A stretch of 64,000 bases of DNA from Actinomycetes bacterium (GCA_030614255.1 JAUWKI010000004.1:4-64003); one strand, 5' to 3'. Counted from the first letter of the stretch, positions 27,351 to 38,099 are shown. The notes: a model not told the origin generated them from the sequence alone. Numbers and translations: made by a program.

Positions 27351-29129
27351 TCAAATATCCTTCGCGATACACGTTCTGTTACGTCCGCCTTTTTTGGCTT
27401 GATACATAGCTTGATCCGCCATATCAAATAATAACAAGGGGTCATTCGTCTCCCGGGAAAAAGCAGCGACTCCGAGACTTAAAGTTATGGGAATACGTTT
27501 TTGCCCAAAAATGAATTTGAATTCTTCGGTCTTGTGACGCAACTTTTCCGCAACTGCAAAAGCTTCCGTCTTTCTAATCTGTGGCAAAATTATCGCAAAT
27601 TCATCTCCTCCTTGACGAGCAGAAATATCGGCTTCACGTAAATTATCACATAATATTTTTGCCACCAATTTTAGGACTTCGTCTCCTCTTACGTGTCCAT
27701 AGGTATCATTTATTAGCTTAAACCGGTCGACATCGAAGACTATAATGGATAACTCCGAGCTATAACGCTGGGCTCTCTTTATCTCTTTCTCAAGCGTGCG
27801 AGTAAACCCATAATGATTGAGCAACTCTGTAATTGCATCTATCATGGATATCTTTTCCGCTTTTTCTTTTACTTGAGCCATGAGCTTCTTCTGATGAGGA
27901 AAACATGCGCTCCAATTGGTCATTCCTCGGTGTATAGCACTTGCGTTTTCATCACATGTTCCGTACCCACAAACACCACAATTAAGCTCGTCCTCAAGCG
28001 TAAAAATATCCGCCTCCACCAACAACCCTTTTAGCTCCTCTTTTGTGGGAGAAGCCGTGGAAATTGCTTTGTTGGCGAAAGTTCTTCTCAGCTCTATTTT
28101 GGGTAAGTTAGGAAATATCTCGGAAGAGCTGGGCCACCCAATCTTCTTTCTCTCTTTTCTGTAGCTTCGCTGTATTTGATTCTTTAAGAGATATAAACTT
28201 CTCCCATCGGCCAAACCGTTTCTCATTGCAGGGCCATCGATGCAACCCTTACAGCTTAAAGCATCCACAAAATGCGCTCGAACCTCGTTTTTGCTTAAGG
28301 CTTCCGCTAGAGTTTGAGTTTCCCACGTACTTCTAGTTATCCTAAGTTTACGGTTAATGGTGCTCGTTTTCGCCATAAATTGCCGAGGCAATCCCCCTGG
28401 CAAAGAATCCGCGCGCAAAACACGCTCAACCGGCTCCATTCTTGCCTCGGATAATAATTTGAGGTCAATCTCGTTTTCCTCAAACATCTTTTTTAACTCA
28501 GAGAAGGTTATTACCGTATCGATAGCATCCATGATGGGTCCGTCCATCGCCTCGGCCTTCTGGGCAACACACGATGTCACATAGACAGTGTAAGCTCCTT
28601 CATATAGCGCTTTACAAAGGCGTCCCTGTGCAACCATTGGTGACACAACAGGCACGAGACAGGGGATAAGATCAGGAAAGTACTTTTCTACTAAGTTTGT
28701 GACGACGGGACAAGTGGAGCGAATTATCGGAAAATCTTCATCTTGGCTCAGAATTTTCATATATTCAGCAGCTACAAGTTCCTCCCCTAGAATAGTGCCT
28801 TCGATAGCATCAAACCCTAGCCTTATGAGACCAGCCGTAATTTCAGTGGAACCGAACGGATGAAAAGCTGCAAGGTATTCGGGAGACAAAATTGCAATGG
28901 CCTTCTTTTTTTTATTAACAAGACTGTACACCTTCTGAGTGTCGTCCTTATACGTCAACGCTCCTTGAGAACAAGCTATTATACATTCGCCGCAATATAC
29001 GCATGCTTCGTCCAAAACCTCGACACAATTACCGTTTAACTTTATGCTCTTAACAGGGCATGAACGGATACAACTATAGCATTCCTTGCATTTGTCGGGG
29101 TGGTTTTCTATGGCTTTTATGGGTTCCAT
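27351..29129 (-). CDS. Sensory [FeFe]-hydrogenase-like (H-cluster domain) protein fused to GGDEF diguanylate cyclase
   Basis: N-terminal 2x[4Fe-4S]. Fe_hyd_lg_C-like region retains H-cluster Cys ligands (STCP, SCVAQKAE, SCKGC-GP) but has TCP where catalytic enzymes have TSCCP. Extra Cys cluster CGVCGYGTC. C-terminal GGDEF with RxxD I-site. Confidence 0.7.
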   Translation of the reverse strand: MEPIKAIENHPDKCKECYSCIRSCPVKSIKLNGNCVEVLDEACVYCGECIIACSQGALTYKDDTQKVYSLVNKKKKAIAILSPEYLAAFHPFGSTEITAGLIRLGFDAIEGTILGEELVAAEYMKILSQDEDFPIIRSTCPVVTNLVEKYFPDLIPCLVPVVSPMVAQGRLCKALYEGAYTVYVTSCVAQKAEAMDGPIMDAIDTVITFSELKKMFEENEIDLKLLSEARMEPVERVLRADSLPGGLPRQFMAKTSTINRKLRITRSTWETQTLAEALSKNEVRAHFVDALSCKGCIDGPAMRNGLADGRSLYLLKNQIQRSYRKERKKIGWPSSSEIFPNLPKIELRRTFANKAISTASPTKEELKGLLVEADIFTLEDELNCGVCGYGTCDENASAIHRGMTNWSACFPHQKKLMAQVKEKAEKISMIDAITELLNHYGFTRTLEKEIKRAQRYSSELSIIVFDVDRFKLINDTYGHVRGDEVLKLVAKILCDNLREADISARQGGDEFAIILPQIRKTEAFAVAEKLRHKTEEFKFIFGQKRIPITLSLGVAAFSRETNDPLLLFDMADQAMYQAKKGGRNRTCIAKDI

Positions 29130-29231
29130 AATGTTTCCTTAATAATTTTCACCATCTCTACATAAACGAATTTCACAGCATTATGGTGAGTCCAAAAAAA
29201 ATATCAATGTTTCTAAAAAACTTCTGAAGTC

Positions 29232-29738
29232 CTAACCCTCCGTTAAGTTATAAGCCTCGGCGCATGCTGCTTCCTTCAAATCCGAAGCTCTCATTTTAAG
29301 AACAGTATTTAGCTCGCCCGCGCTAGTATAAATGACATTTTGCATATTTAACTCCTCATCCATAATCGTACGTATCGAGACTTTGTGAGCAACTGGCGGC
29401 GTTGCCCCGAGCATATAGCCCGTAATATCTACAAGTTCTTGAGGAGTTGCAAGTCTTAGACTTGAAGCCTCAACAGCTCTCTTTAGCTTCTTGTAACAAA
29501 CTCTCTTTTTAGCGGATAAGAGCACCAACAATGGCCCGCCATCAATTATAAAAAGAACGGACTTGATGACCGCAGAGGGAGAAAGATTCAGTATTTCCGA
29601 CATCCTCTCAGCAGATGATGTCGGGCATGAAAGAGGGATAACTTCATGAGGAATATTCTTCTCACCAAGAACATTGTGAACATCTACAACCGTCTTCATA
29701 TGTTCCCTTTCAACCGCAAAGACGCTCCTTGAAACCAA
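29232..29738 (-). CDS. YbaK/ProX-family aminoacyl-tRNA deacylase-like protein
   Basis: TGYMLGATPP matches the YbaK TGYxxGGxSP region. 168 aa. Confidence 0.5.
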   Translation of the reverse strand: MVSRSVFAVEREHMKTVVDVHNVLGEKNIPHEVIPLSCPTSSAERMSEILNLSPSAVIKSVLFIIDGGPLLVLLSAKKRVCYKKLKRAVEASSLRLATPQELVDITGYMLGATPPVAHKVSIRTIMDEELNMQNVIYTSAGELNTVLKMRASDLKEAACAEAYNLTEG

Positions 29739-29799
29739 TCTCAGTATACCATCGAAGAAATGGTCTGGAAATAACCCATGATAAAAATAGCTTCTGACC

Positions 29800-30118
29800 T
29801 CTAGCCATCAGCCAAATAGCTTGACCTTACGACCTCGATAGCCGATAGCTCAAACCATTTACCATCAGTCCAAAACTAGCTAATTATTCAAAGTTGGTTG
29901 GATAGTTTTTTCCATATGCCATAAGCTACCAGGAAAATTAAAAACTTTTTATTGATTTTGGTTTTCAAAACCCAAGTGGGTTGCTCATGAGGCGACTGTG
30001 CGGCCGACCGTTAAACCTGCCCGCCAATGCCTAACGGCATAATAGGCGTAGGCAGGCGGGTGAATGAGACTTGAATACCTGCGGCACCGTGCCTACCAGC
30101 AGGCAGACCGGTAGGCAG
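29800..30118. repeat. Interspersed repeat cluster: CAGCCATCAGCC module, hairpin module B (CCTGCCCGCCAATGCCTAACGGCATAATAGGCGTAGGCAGGCGGG), module C (CACCGTGCCTACCAGCAGGCAGACCGGTAGGCAG)
   Basis: Module B at 30016-30060 and module C at 30085-30118. Both recur elsewhere in the window. Confidence 0.65.
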
Positions 30119-30151
30119 ATTAGTTAAGCTGGCAATTTAAAACACTAATTC

Positions 30152-30616
30152 TCAGCGAGCAAAGCGAAGGGCTTCTTTGATTGCATCAGAGGGATCTCTT
30201 ACAAGAATAATTGACTCGATGGGCTTCCCTTTTTTGCTCAGTTCCCAGGTGTCTATCCCCACGACAGGCTTTTTCATCTTTAGGGCGAGCCCTATTTCCG
30301 AAAGAGTACCGAACTCTCCCCCAACAGCTATAACTACATCTGAAGTGCCAACCACAAGCGCATTGCGTGCCTCAGCCATCCCTGTTGGAATAGCGACATC
30401 AATGAAAGGATTCGCATATTTTCTGGTCTTAGAGGGTAAAATGCCAACCGTTAAACCCCCTGCATCTTTAGCCCCCTTGCAAGCAGCCTCCATTACCCCG
30501 CCTAGTCCTCCACAAACAAGAATTGCGCCGCTCTTAGCTATATTCCCCCCAACCTCATAGGCAATCTTAGCCACCTCGCCATCGCACTGCCCCGAACCGA
30601 TAACACCGATATACAT
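30152..30616 (-). CDS. TIGR00725/LOG-like Rossmann-fold protein
   Basis: GGxGxMEA and VGGEFGTLSE motifs of the LOG/DprA-like fold. 154 aa. Confidence 0.55.
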   Translation of the reverse strand: MYIGVIGSGQCDGEVAKIAYEVGGNIAKSGAILVCGGLGGVMEAACKGAKDAGGLTVGILPSKTRKYANPFIDVAIPTGMAEARNALVVGTSDVVIAVGGEFGTLSEIGLALKMKKPVVGIDTWELSKKGKPIESIILVRDPSDAIKEALRFAR

Positions 30617-30653
30617 TTCAAGCCTCCCATCACCTTCCGCGCTCTATAAATAA

Positions 30654-31562
30654 TTAATCGGTAGTCCCTGGATGATTATGTGGTAAATGTTCTCTATACG
30701 GGTTAACGTGTACCAATACATCGGCAACGTTGTTCATTCTTTTTATTATTCTTCGTCTTACTTCAACCGCTATATCATGCCCCTTAGCAACAGTAATTTT
30801 TGGGTCAGCTTCAATTTTTATGTCCACAAGTAAAAATTGGCCGGCGTAACGCGCTTTAACCTCGTGCACATGCTCAACCCCTTCAATCTCCTCGGCAATC
30901 AAAGTAATCTCTCTTAAAATTGGCTCCTCGGGTAAGGTATCCATAAGCTGATGAGAAGCATTTAGTAATATAAAATAACCAATTCTAATTATAAAAAAGG
31001 AGACAAGACCTGCAGCAATGGGGTCAAAAATAGGATAACCTAATCTTGCGGCAGTTACACCAACTATAACCGAAAAAGAGGCCAAAACATCTGAGCGATG
31101 GTCTCGCGCCTTTGCCATCACAGCGGGGCTGTTTGTCTCCCTGCCTACCTTGTAAACATAACGAAACATCCCCTCTTTAACTAAGACGGTTAAAAGGGCA
31201 GCAAACAGCGCTATTAATTCAGGTTTTACATACGAGCGGGTGAAAATCGAGCGGCTCGCTGAAAAAAAGATAAAAGCGCCGGTCCCCATGATAAACAGAC
31301 CAACGAGAAACGCGGAAATCGCCTCCGCTTTACCATGACCATAGGGATGATTTGTATCAATTGGTTTTTTGGCAATCCTCAAGCTAAATATGGTCACAAT
31401 ATCCGTAACAACATCCGCAAGCGAATTCACCGCATCCGCTACAACTGCTTGGCTTTTGCCAACGATTCCGGCAAATAACTTTATGAAAGCCAACCCCAAA
31501 TTACCACAGATACCTAGGCGAGCAGCTCGTTCAGCTATAAGGAATCTTTCGCTGTGTTCCAT
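30654..31562 (-). CDS. Cation diffusion facilitator family metal efflux transporter
   Basis: Six-TM CDF pattern and C-terminal cytoplasmic domain. 302 aa. Confidence 0.85.
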   Translation of the reverse strand: MEHSERFLIAERAARLGICGNLGLAFIKLFAGIVGKSQAVVADAVNSLADVVTDIVTIFSLRIAKKPIDTNHPYGHGKAEAISAFLVGLFIMGTGAFIFFSASRSIFTRSYVKPELIALFAALLTVLVKEGMFRYVYKVGRETNSPAVMAKARDHRSDVLASFSVIVGVTAARLGYPIFDPIAAGLVSFFIIRIGYFILLNASHQLMDTLPEEPILREITLIAEEIEGVEHVHEVKARYAGQFLLVDIKIEADPKITVAKGHDIAVEVRRRIIKRMNNVADVLVHVNPYREHLPHNHPGTTD

Positions 31563-31583
31563 ATAAATCAGGCCCCAAAGAGA

Positions 31584-32600
31584 CTAAAGGAGTTTACGTT
31601 CTATTAAAACTTCTGCAATCTGAACAGCATTCAGGGCAGCTCCCTTGCGCAGATTGTCTGACACAATCCAAAGGTTGAGTCCATTTTTAATCGATTCATC
31701 CTCACGGATACGCCCAACGTAACACGCATCCTTACCGGCAGCAAAAATTGGGGTTGGATAAGCATACTTTTCAGGTTCATCGATAACCTCAATACCCGGA
31801 GCATTTTTTAATATTTTTTTTGCCTCCGCAGAAGTAATTTTCTTTTCGGTCTCAATATTTACCGCCTCGGCATGGGATATTAAAATGGGGACTCTAACAC
31901 ACGTTGCCGATATGCCAATTTCCGAATCCCCCATAATCTTTCGAGTCTCGTTTACCATCTTCATCTCTTCTTTGGTGTAATCATTTTTCAAAAAAATATC
32001 GATATGGGGAAGCACATTGAAGGCTATCTGATGAGGATAAACATCTGCCTTTACTTTGTTCTCTCCCGAAAGTACCTTTTTTGACTGAGTCAAAAGCTCC
32101 TCGATAGCATTCTTGCCCGTACCCGATACAGCTTGATACGTTGAGACAACTATTCGCTTAATTCTGGACCTATTATAAAGGGGTTTAAGCACGACGACCA
32201 TCTGTATTGTAGAACAGTTCGGATTAGCAATGATTCCATTGTGAGCGCCCACATCATCCGGATTTACCTCCGGGACCACTAAAGGAACTTCTTTATCCAT
32301 TCGAAAAGCGCTACTGTTGTCTATAACAATCGCTCCTGCTTTTACAGCATGAGAAGCGAATTTCTTGCTTATGGCGCCTCCTGCCGAAAATAAAGCGATG
32401 TCAATCCCTTTGAAAGAATCCTCAGCTAACTCTTCAACCGTTACGCCCATTCTTTTAAAAGTTAGGCGACGTCCCGCAGACCTAGCTGAGGCAAGCAATT
32501 TAAGCTTTTTTACAGGGAACTTCCTCTGTTCAAGCACTCTGCGCATCTCCTCGCCCACTGCACCGGTCGCTCCAACTATCGCCACATTATATTCTTTCAC
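31584..32600 (-). CDS. asd: Aspartate-semialdehyde dehydrogenase
   Basis: VAIVGATGAVG NAD motif. Active-site Cys region. Confidence 0.9.
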   Translation of the reverse strand: MKEYNVAIVGATGAVGEEMRRVLEQRKFPVKKLKLLASARSAGRRLTFKRMGVTVEELAEDSFKGIDIALFSAGGAISKKFASHAVKAGAIVIDNSSAFRMDKEVPLVVPEVNPDDVGAHNGIIANPNCSTIQMVVVLKPLYNRSRIKRIVVSTYQAVSGTGKNAIEELLTQSKKVLSGENKVKADVYPHQIAFNVLPHIDIFLKNDYTKEEMKMVNETRKIMGDSEIGISATCVRVPILISHAEAVNIETEKKITSAEAKKILKNAPGIEVIDEPEKYAYPTPIFAAGKDACYVGRIREDESIKNGLNLWIVSDNLRKGAALNAVQIAEVLIERKLL

Positions 32601-32753
32601 TCTCTCTTGCCTCCGGTTTAGTTATTAGCCCTTTTTAAATTAAAAAGTTTTCAGATATTGGTATTATATAAATCTTTTAAGACATTTTTAATTTAAAATT
32701 CTAGTTTTTATTTTTTCATTCTCCATTTTTCATTTAATTATACTCTCTACTCA

Positions 32754-33977
32754 TTACCCTTTATTGCTGCCCAGGCCAAACTTCTCATGCAGAGCTTTTA
32801 CGGCCGACTCCACATCTTTCTCACTGATAACACACGATATCTTAATCGAAGATGTGCTTATCATCTCAATGTTTATATTGTTCTCGGCCAAAACCGAGAA
32901 CATATCAGCAGCAACTCCAGGGTGTGTTTTCATACCAGCCCCAATTAAGGAAATTTTCGCTATTCCTTCATCACATGTTGAGCCTCTCGCTTTAAGCTCG
33001 ACAGTTATTTTATCAACTACATCTTTCGCCCTGTCTAAATCATCTTTTACAACAGTAAAGGATATGTCCGCGCAACCCTTTTCGCTAACATTTTGAATAA
33101 TCATATCGACGTTTACATTGGCATCTGCTAAAGTCCTAAAAACTTTCGCAGCAATGCCCGGCCTGTCGGGAACGCCCAAAATTGTAATTTTAGCTTCATC
33201 AACATCGTGTGTAACTCCGCTTATTATGGCTTTCTCCATGATTTTACCTGCCTCCTCAATTAATGTGCCGGGCTCATCCGAAAAGCTCGAGCGGACATGT
33301 ATAGCTACACCGTGATTTCGACCAAACTCTACGGATCTTGCCTGCAAAACTTTTGCTCCGGTTGCCGCCATCTCCAGCATTTCATCAAAAGATATCTCGG
33401 CAATCTTGGAAGCACTCGGGGCAATGTGCGGATCAGCAGTATAGACTCCATCAACATCAGTATATATCTCACAGATATCCGCTTTAAGTTTTGCCGCAAG
33501 AGCAACAGCCGTAGTATCTGAACCACCCCGACCCAAAGTAGTTATATCATTATCTCCAGTTACTCCTTGAAAACCGGCAACGATAACTATTTTGCCCTCT
33601 TCAATTGCACTTAAAATGCGCTCAGAGTGAATGTCTAAGATTTTTGCCTTGGTGTGAACCGCATCGGTAACAATACCAACCTGCTGCCCGGTAAAAGAAA
33701 TAGCCTCGTGCCCCAAAGAGTGAATGGCCATACTTAGAAGCGCGACCGACACCTGCTCCCCCGTCGCCAAAAGCATATCAAGCTCCCTCTCGGGGGGCAA
33801 AGAGGTCATCTTGTAAGCCATTTCCAAAAGATTATCAGTAGTATCTCCCAAAGCAGATACGACAACAACCACGGAATTACCCTGGTTTTTGGTTTTAACT
33901 ATACGTTTGGCTACATCTTTTATCCGCTCGATATCAGCAACCGAGCTTCCACCATATTTCTGAACAATTATGCCCAA
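32754..33977 (-). CDS. lysC: Aspartate kinase (with C-terminal ACT domains)
   Basis: VQKYGGSSV kinase signature. Tandem ACT domains. Confidence 0.9.
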   Translation of the reverse strand: MGIIVQKYGGSSVADIERIKDVAKRIVKTKNQGNSVVVVVSALGDTTDNLLEMAYKMTSLPPERELDMLLATGEQVSVALLSMAIHSLGHEAISFTGQQVGIVTDAVHTKAKILDIHSERILSAIEEGKIVIVAGFQGVTGDNDITTLGRGGSDTTAVALAAKLKADICEIYTDVDGVYTADPHIAPSASKIAEISFDEMLEMAATGAKVLQARSVEFGRNHGVAIHVRSSFSDEPGTLIEEAGKIMEKAIISGVTHDVDEAKITILGVPDRPGIAAKVFRTLADANVNVDMIIQNVSEKGCADISFTVVKDDLDRAKDVVDKITVELKARGSTCDEGIAKISLIGAGMKTHPGVAADMFSVLAENNINIEMISTSSIKISCVISEKDVESAVKALHEKFGLGSNKG

Positions 33978-34184
33978 AGAACAACCTCACTTAAAGATTT
34001 ATCCTATTCTAACAACTTGTAAGGGGCAAAACAACTTTACTTAATTACTTAATCGGAAGATTAAAAAAGTGTGGCAATCGGCAACAAGCTTAAGCCTCTC
34101 GCTTAAATCGCCAAAGCTAACCAAGAGAAAATTATTTAAAAGAGATCCACTAGCCGATTGTCTGTAAACATTTTACGGTCAACC

Positions 34185-34212
34185 ATTATCGTATTAACGT
34201 TAATACGATAAT
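34185..34212. promoter_or_regulatory. 28-bp perfect palindrome ATTATCGTATTAACGTTAATACGATAAT between the por operon and lysC
   Basis: Verified base by base. ~210 bp upstream of the lysC start. Confidence 0.4.
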
Positions 34213-34332
34213 ATCCTGGTTAATTGGTATGTTTTAACAACGGTCAGCGTAAAAGTACTCTCTGGTAAGAATTCTTTCTCTTACAATTTAAACATAATTT
34301 AATTACTCAGCAAAATTTGTCTTTTGAATAAG

Positions 34333-34366
34333 AAAACCCCCGTCCTAAGGAACGAGGGTTTTGTTT
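34333..34366. terminator. Bidirectional rho-independent terminator hairpin (AAAACCC...GGGTTTT) downstream of porB
   Basis: GC stem with flanking A-run and T-run. Sits 25 bp after the porB stop (minus strand). Confidence 0.55.
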
Positions 34367-34388
34367 AATATTTTTATGTAACAATATC

Positions 34389-35309
34389 TTATGCTTCTCC
34401 GCAAAGCTTAAGAAGTCTTTCCCAGTCTTTATCTACTTTAGCCTGAAGTTCCTCGATAATATGCTCATTTTCCGGTTTAAAGAGATGCTTAAATCTCCCT
34501 TGGGTCTTGAGCCACTCGGCCAAAGGTTTTTTCTCCTTAGGTTTATAATTTAACTTCCACTCGCCATCCTCAACTTCGTAGAGAGGCCAGAAGCATGTTT
34601 CGACGGCAAGTTTTGCTATTCTAAGAGCCTGGTCAGAAGGATGCCGCCACCCACGTGGACAAGGAGCGATTACATTTAAGAAAGCCGGCCCTTTAATATC
34701 AAAAGCTTTTGTTGATTTCTTCACCAAGTCCTTCCAAGAAGAAGGAGAGGATTGGGCTACGTAAGGAATATCATGAGCAGCGATACAAGCGGTTAAATTC
34801 TTACGGTTTTGCTTCTTACCTGGTTCAGCTTTTCCCACTTGGGAAGTAGTGGTCCACGCGCCCCTTGGAGTCGAACTCGAACGCTGAATTCCGGTGTTCA
34901 TATAAGCCTCATTGTCATAACAGACATAAACCATATCGTGCCCGCGTTCCATCGCTCCCGAAAGAGACTGAAATCCGATATCATAAGTTCCTCCGTCGCC
35001 ACCAAAAGCAACGAACTTTATTTCCTTATCCAACTTTCCTTGACGCTTTAAAGATTGATAAGCCGCCTCTACCCCACTTATTGTCGCTCCAACATTCTCA
35101 AAAGCAGAATGTATGTATGGCGTATCCCATGCGGTTGAGGGATATATCGTAGTTGAGACCTCAAGACATCCTGTGGAGCAACCAACAACCACGGGTTTAT
35201 CTGTTCCCATAAGAATTTGTCTAACCACAATTGGTGCCCCGCAACCGGCACAGAGCCTATGCCCGGAGGTGAGTCTTTCTTTCTTTTCCGTCAAATCTTT
35301 TATCTTCAT
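34389..35309 (-). CDS. porB: Pyruvate/2-oxoacid:ferredoxin oxidoreductase beta subunit (TPP-binding)
   Basis: GHRLCAGCG and GGDGG TPP-binding motifs. Confidence 0.85.
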   Translation of the reverse strand: MKIKDLTEKKERLTSGHRLCAGCGAPIVVRQILMGTDKPVVVGCSTGCLEVSTTIYPSTAWDTPYIHSAFENVGATISGVEAAYQSLKRQGKLDKEIKFVAFGGDGGTYDIGFQSLSGAMERGHDMVYVCYDNEAYMNTGIQRSSSTPRGAWTTTSQVGKAEPGKKQNRKNLTACIAAHDIPYVAQSSPSSWKDLVKKSTKAFDIKGPAFLNVIAPCPRGWRHPSDQALRIAKLAVETCFWPLYEVEDGEWKLNYKPKEKKPLAEWLKTQGRFKHLFKPENEHIIEELQAKVDKDWERLLKLCGEA

Positions 35310-36517
35310 ACCAGCACCTCCACTTCTTTAAGCCCAAGATAACCTAAGGTTTTCTTAATTTTACCGGTTTTTGCAACAGTCATTAGCTCTTCAAATGCCT
35401 TTCGCGCTTCGTGCAAGGTATAGTCTCTACCTCCAAGACCATAAATAAAGTTAATCACCTTTGGTCTCGTCTCCAAATTAAAGAGAGCAGTTTGAACTTC
35501 GCTGAAGAGCGGTCCGACAAAACCAGAAGATAGCGCCCGGTCAAGAACGGCTACAGCTTTCAAATGTTTTAAAGCTTCAGCAAGTTCTTTGGCGGGGAAG
35601 GGTCTAAACACCCTGAGCTTAAGCAGCCCTACCGGAAGACCCTCGGCTCGAAGCTCATTTATCACATGCTTGGTGGTGCCAGCCGAAGAATTTAGAGTAA
35701 CGATAGCAATCTCCGCATCGTCTAACAGATACTCCTCGAAGAATCCGTATTTCCTGCCAGAAATTTTGGCAAAATCCTCAGCTGCTTCTAAGATGACATC
35801 CCGCGCTCTTTCCATTGCATCGGCCTGGTTTTTCTTATGCTCCATAAAATAGCCCCCAAGGCCATCAAATGGTCCATAGGTTACCGGATTATCTACATCT
35901 AGAAGCGGTAAAAAGGGTTTTCTTTCTCCCACAAAACTTTTGACTTTTCGGTCCTCAATAAACTCGGCTTTCTCGATTCCATGGCTGATGATAAAACCAT
36001 CAAGATTCACCATCACAGGAAGCAGCACTTTCTTGTTTTCGGCAATGCGTACCGCCTGAATGGTATTATCGTAGGCCTCCTGAGCATTCTCGGAATAAAG
36101 TTGTATCCATCCCGTATCTCTTGCACCCATACTGTCGCTGTGATCGCAGTGGATGTTAATGGGAGCGCTTAAAGCCCTGTTAACATTGGGCATAATAATT
36201 GGAAGACGTGAGCCTGCCGCGATATAGAGCATCTCATGCATCAGAGCCAACCCTTGAGAAGAAGTTGCCGTCATAACACGAGCTCCCGCAGCAGAGGCAC
36301 CAATGCAGGCACTCATGGAAGAATGTTCGCTCTCCACGGTCACATACTCAGAGTCAACCGCACCATCCGCAACAAACTGCGAAAAATCTTGAACAATAGC
36401 CGTTTGTGGGGTTATGGGATAAGCGACCAAAACATCGGGGTTTATCTGCTTCATAGCTTCAGCCACAGCACCATTTCCTGTTGTGGCCACAACTCTTTTT
36501 TTACTTATATTCTTCAT
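35306..36517 (-). CDS. porA: Pyruvate/2-oxoacid:ferredoxin oxidoreductase alpha subunit
   Basis: 403 aa POR alpha domain. Overlaps porB start. Confidence 0.85.
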   Translation of the reverse strand: MKNISKKRVVATTGNGAVAEAMKQINPDVLVAYPITPQTAIVQDFSQFVADGAVDSEYVTVESEHSSMSACIGASAAGARVMTATSSQGLALMHEMLYIAAGSRLPIIMPNVNRALSAPINIHCDHSDSMGARDTGWIQLYSENAQEAYDNTIQAVRIAENKKVLLPVMVNLDGFIISHGIEKAEFIEDRKVKSFVGERKPFLPLLDVDNPVTYGPFDGLGGYFMEHKKNQADAMERARDVILEAAEDFAKISGRKYGFFEEYLLDDAEIAIVTLNSSAGTTKHVINELRAEGLPVGLLKLRVFRPFPAKELAEALKHLKAVAVLDRALSSGFVGPLFSEVQTALFNLETRPKVINFIYGLGGRDYTLHEARKAFEELMTVAKTGKIKKTLGYLGLKEVEVLV

Positions 36518-36793
36518 CTAACCTCCCACCATCTCAATGACCTCAAAGGGACATTCGGCAACACAAATACCACATCCTTTGCAATAATCCATATCTATGC
36601 CCCTCACTTTACCGTCTTTTACCAAAACCGCACCCTCAGGGCACGATATCCAACAAATCAAACACTGCTTACACTTCTCTTCATCCCACTTGGGAGTAGC
36701 GGAGCGCCATCCACCTGTTTTGTACTCCCTCGCTGTGCCACCTTTGGGGATAATTGCGCCTGGCATAAGCTTATTCGCTCGCCAATCCTTCAT
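36518..36793 (-). CDS. porD: Pyruvate/2-oxoacid:ferredoxin oxidoreductase delta subunit (2x[4Fe-4S])
   Basis: CKQCLICWISCP and CKGCGICVAECP. Confidence 0.8.
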   Translation of the reverse strand: MKDWRANKLMPGAIIPKGGTAREYKTGGWRSATPKWDEEKCKQCLICWISCPEGAVLVKDGKVRGIDMDYCKGCGICVAECPFEVIEMVGG

Positions 36794-37362
36794 TCCCCCC
36801 TCACCTCCTTATAAGCACGCTTGATTGCTTCCACGTTTCCTTTAAGAATCTGTTGGCTAAACTTTTTGCTAAAAGACTCTGTAAAATAATCGGTGGTGTC
36901 ACCTAAAGACACTAAACCGGTAACTTTTACCAAGGCGCCGATCATGGGGGTGTTTGGGATTGGTTTACCCAATGTATCTAACGCTATCGAAGTTGCATCA
37001 ACAGTATAGACCTTCCCTTTTTTTGTACCCAATTTTTTTCGCACATCTGCAGGATCGTCGAGAGTATTTATTAAAATCACGCCATCTTTTGATAAACCCT
37101 TAGCGACTTCGACAATGTCTAATAAGGTCTCATCCAGAACTACGACTATGTTAGGATTTTCTACAGGACAATAAATGCTGATTGGTGCGGAAGATATTCT
37201 CGTAAATGCCTGGATAGGGGCTCCCATTCTCTCTGGACCATACTCCGGAAACGCCTGGATATTTTTCCCGCCAGCAAGCGCCGTCCCCGCCAAAAACTTG
37301 GCGGCCGTAACTGCTCCTTGGCCACCGCGGCCATGCCACCGAACCTCGATGCATTTCTCCAT
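36790..37362 (-). CDS. porG: Pyruvate/2-oxoacid:ferredoxin oxidoreductase gamma subunit
   Basis: GRGGQG motif. 190 aa. Confidence 0.8.
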   Translation of the reverse strand: MEKCIEVRWHGRGGQGAVTAAKFLAGTALAGGKNIQAFPEYGPERMGAPIQAFTRISSAPISIYCPVENPNIVVVLDETLLDIVEVAKGLSKDGVILINTLDDPADVRKKLGTKKGKVYTVDATSIALDTLGKPIPNTPMIGALVKVTGLVSLGDTTDYFTESFSKKFSQQILKGNVEAIKRAYKEVRGE

Positions 37363-37502
37363 TTCCTCACCCCTTCACTTTTCTACCTTTTGCTTTCCCA
37401 AATACAATAAAAAAATATACTCCAAATAAAGTGTAAAAACCGCTAATTTTCAATAAGCGGTCGATTTATTACGGCCAACGGTTAAATTTTAGCCACCTTG
37501 GT

Positions 37503-38099
37503 TCACATCTCTCTTCTCCCTTCCAATGCCTTGCCTAAAGTAACCTCATCCGCATACTCTAAGTCTCCCCCAACCGGCAAACCACTGGCTATTCTTGTAA
37601 CTTTCACCCCAAGAGGCTTAACCAGTTTAGCAAGGTACATGGCCGTGGCTTCACCCTCAATATTGGGATTTGTAGCAATTACTATCTCTTTAACTTTTTC
37701 ATCCTTCAAACGATCCAACAGCTCACGTATTTTTAAGTCATCGGGGCCAATGCCATCAATGGGTGAGATTGCTCCCCCTAAAACATGATAACGCCCCTTG
37801 AAACTACTTGTTTTCTCAATAGCAATAATGTCACGTGGCTCTTCAACCACGCAAATCAATGAATCATCCCGATCAAAATCGCAACACAGTTCGCACATAT
37901 CACCCTCGGTTATGTTGAAGCAAACGTTGCAAAACCCAATTTTATCTTTGACATTCATGATGGCATCGGCCAAATCTTTAGCATTCTCGGGAGAGATTTT
38001 TAAAAGATAAAAAGCCAACCTTTGAGCAGATTTTGGTCCAATGCCCGGAAGTTTTGTTAATTCATCAATCAAAATTGCAACTGGCGCCGCATAATACAC
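37503..38099 (-). CDS. recR: Recombination protein RecR
   Basis: [14 protein letters not shown] HhH motif, C4 zinc finger, Toprim. Confidence 0.9.
   Translation of the reverse strand: MYYAAPVAILIDELTKLPGIGPKSAQRLAFYLLKISPENAKDLADAIMNVKDKIGFCNVCFNITEGDMCELCCDFDRDDSLICVVEEPRDIIAIEKTSSFKGRYHVLGGAISPIDGIGPDDLKIRELLDRLKDEKVKEIVIATNPNIEGEATAMYLAKLVKPLGVKVTRIASGLPVGGDLEYADEVTLGKALEGRREM

Noticed and set aside
33978-34330. Lysine riboswitch (L-box) in the lysC leader
   Set aside because: No GAGGCGC/P1 or other conserved L-box segments could be recognised by eye. Only the palindrome was retained as a finding.
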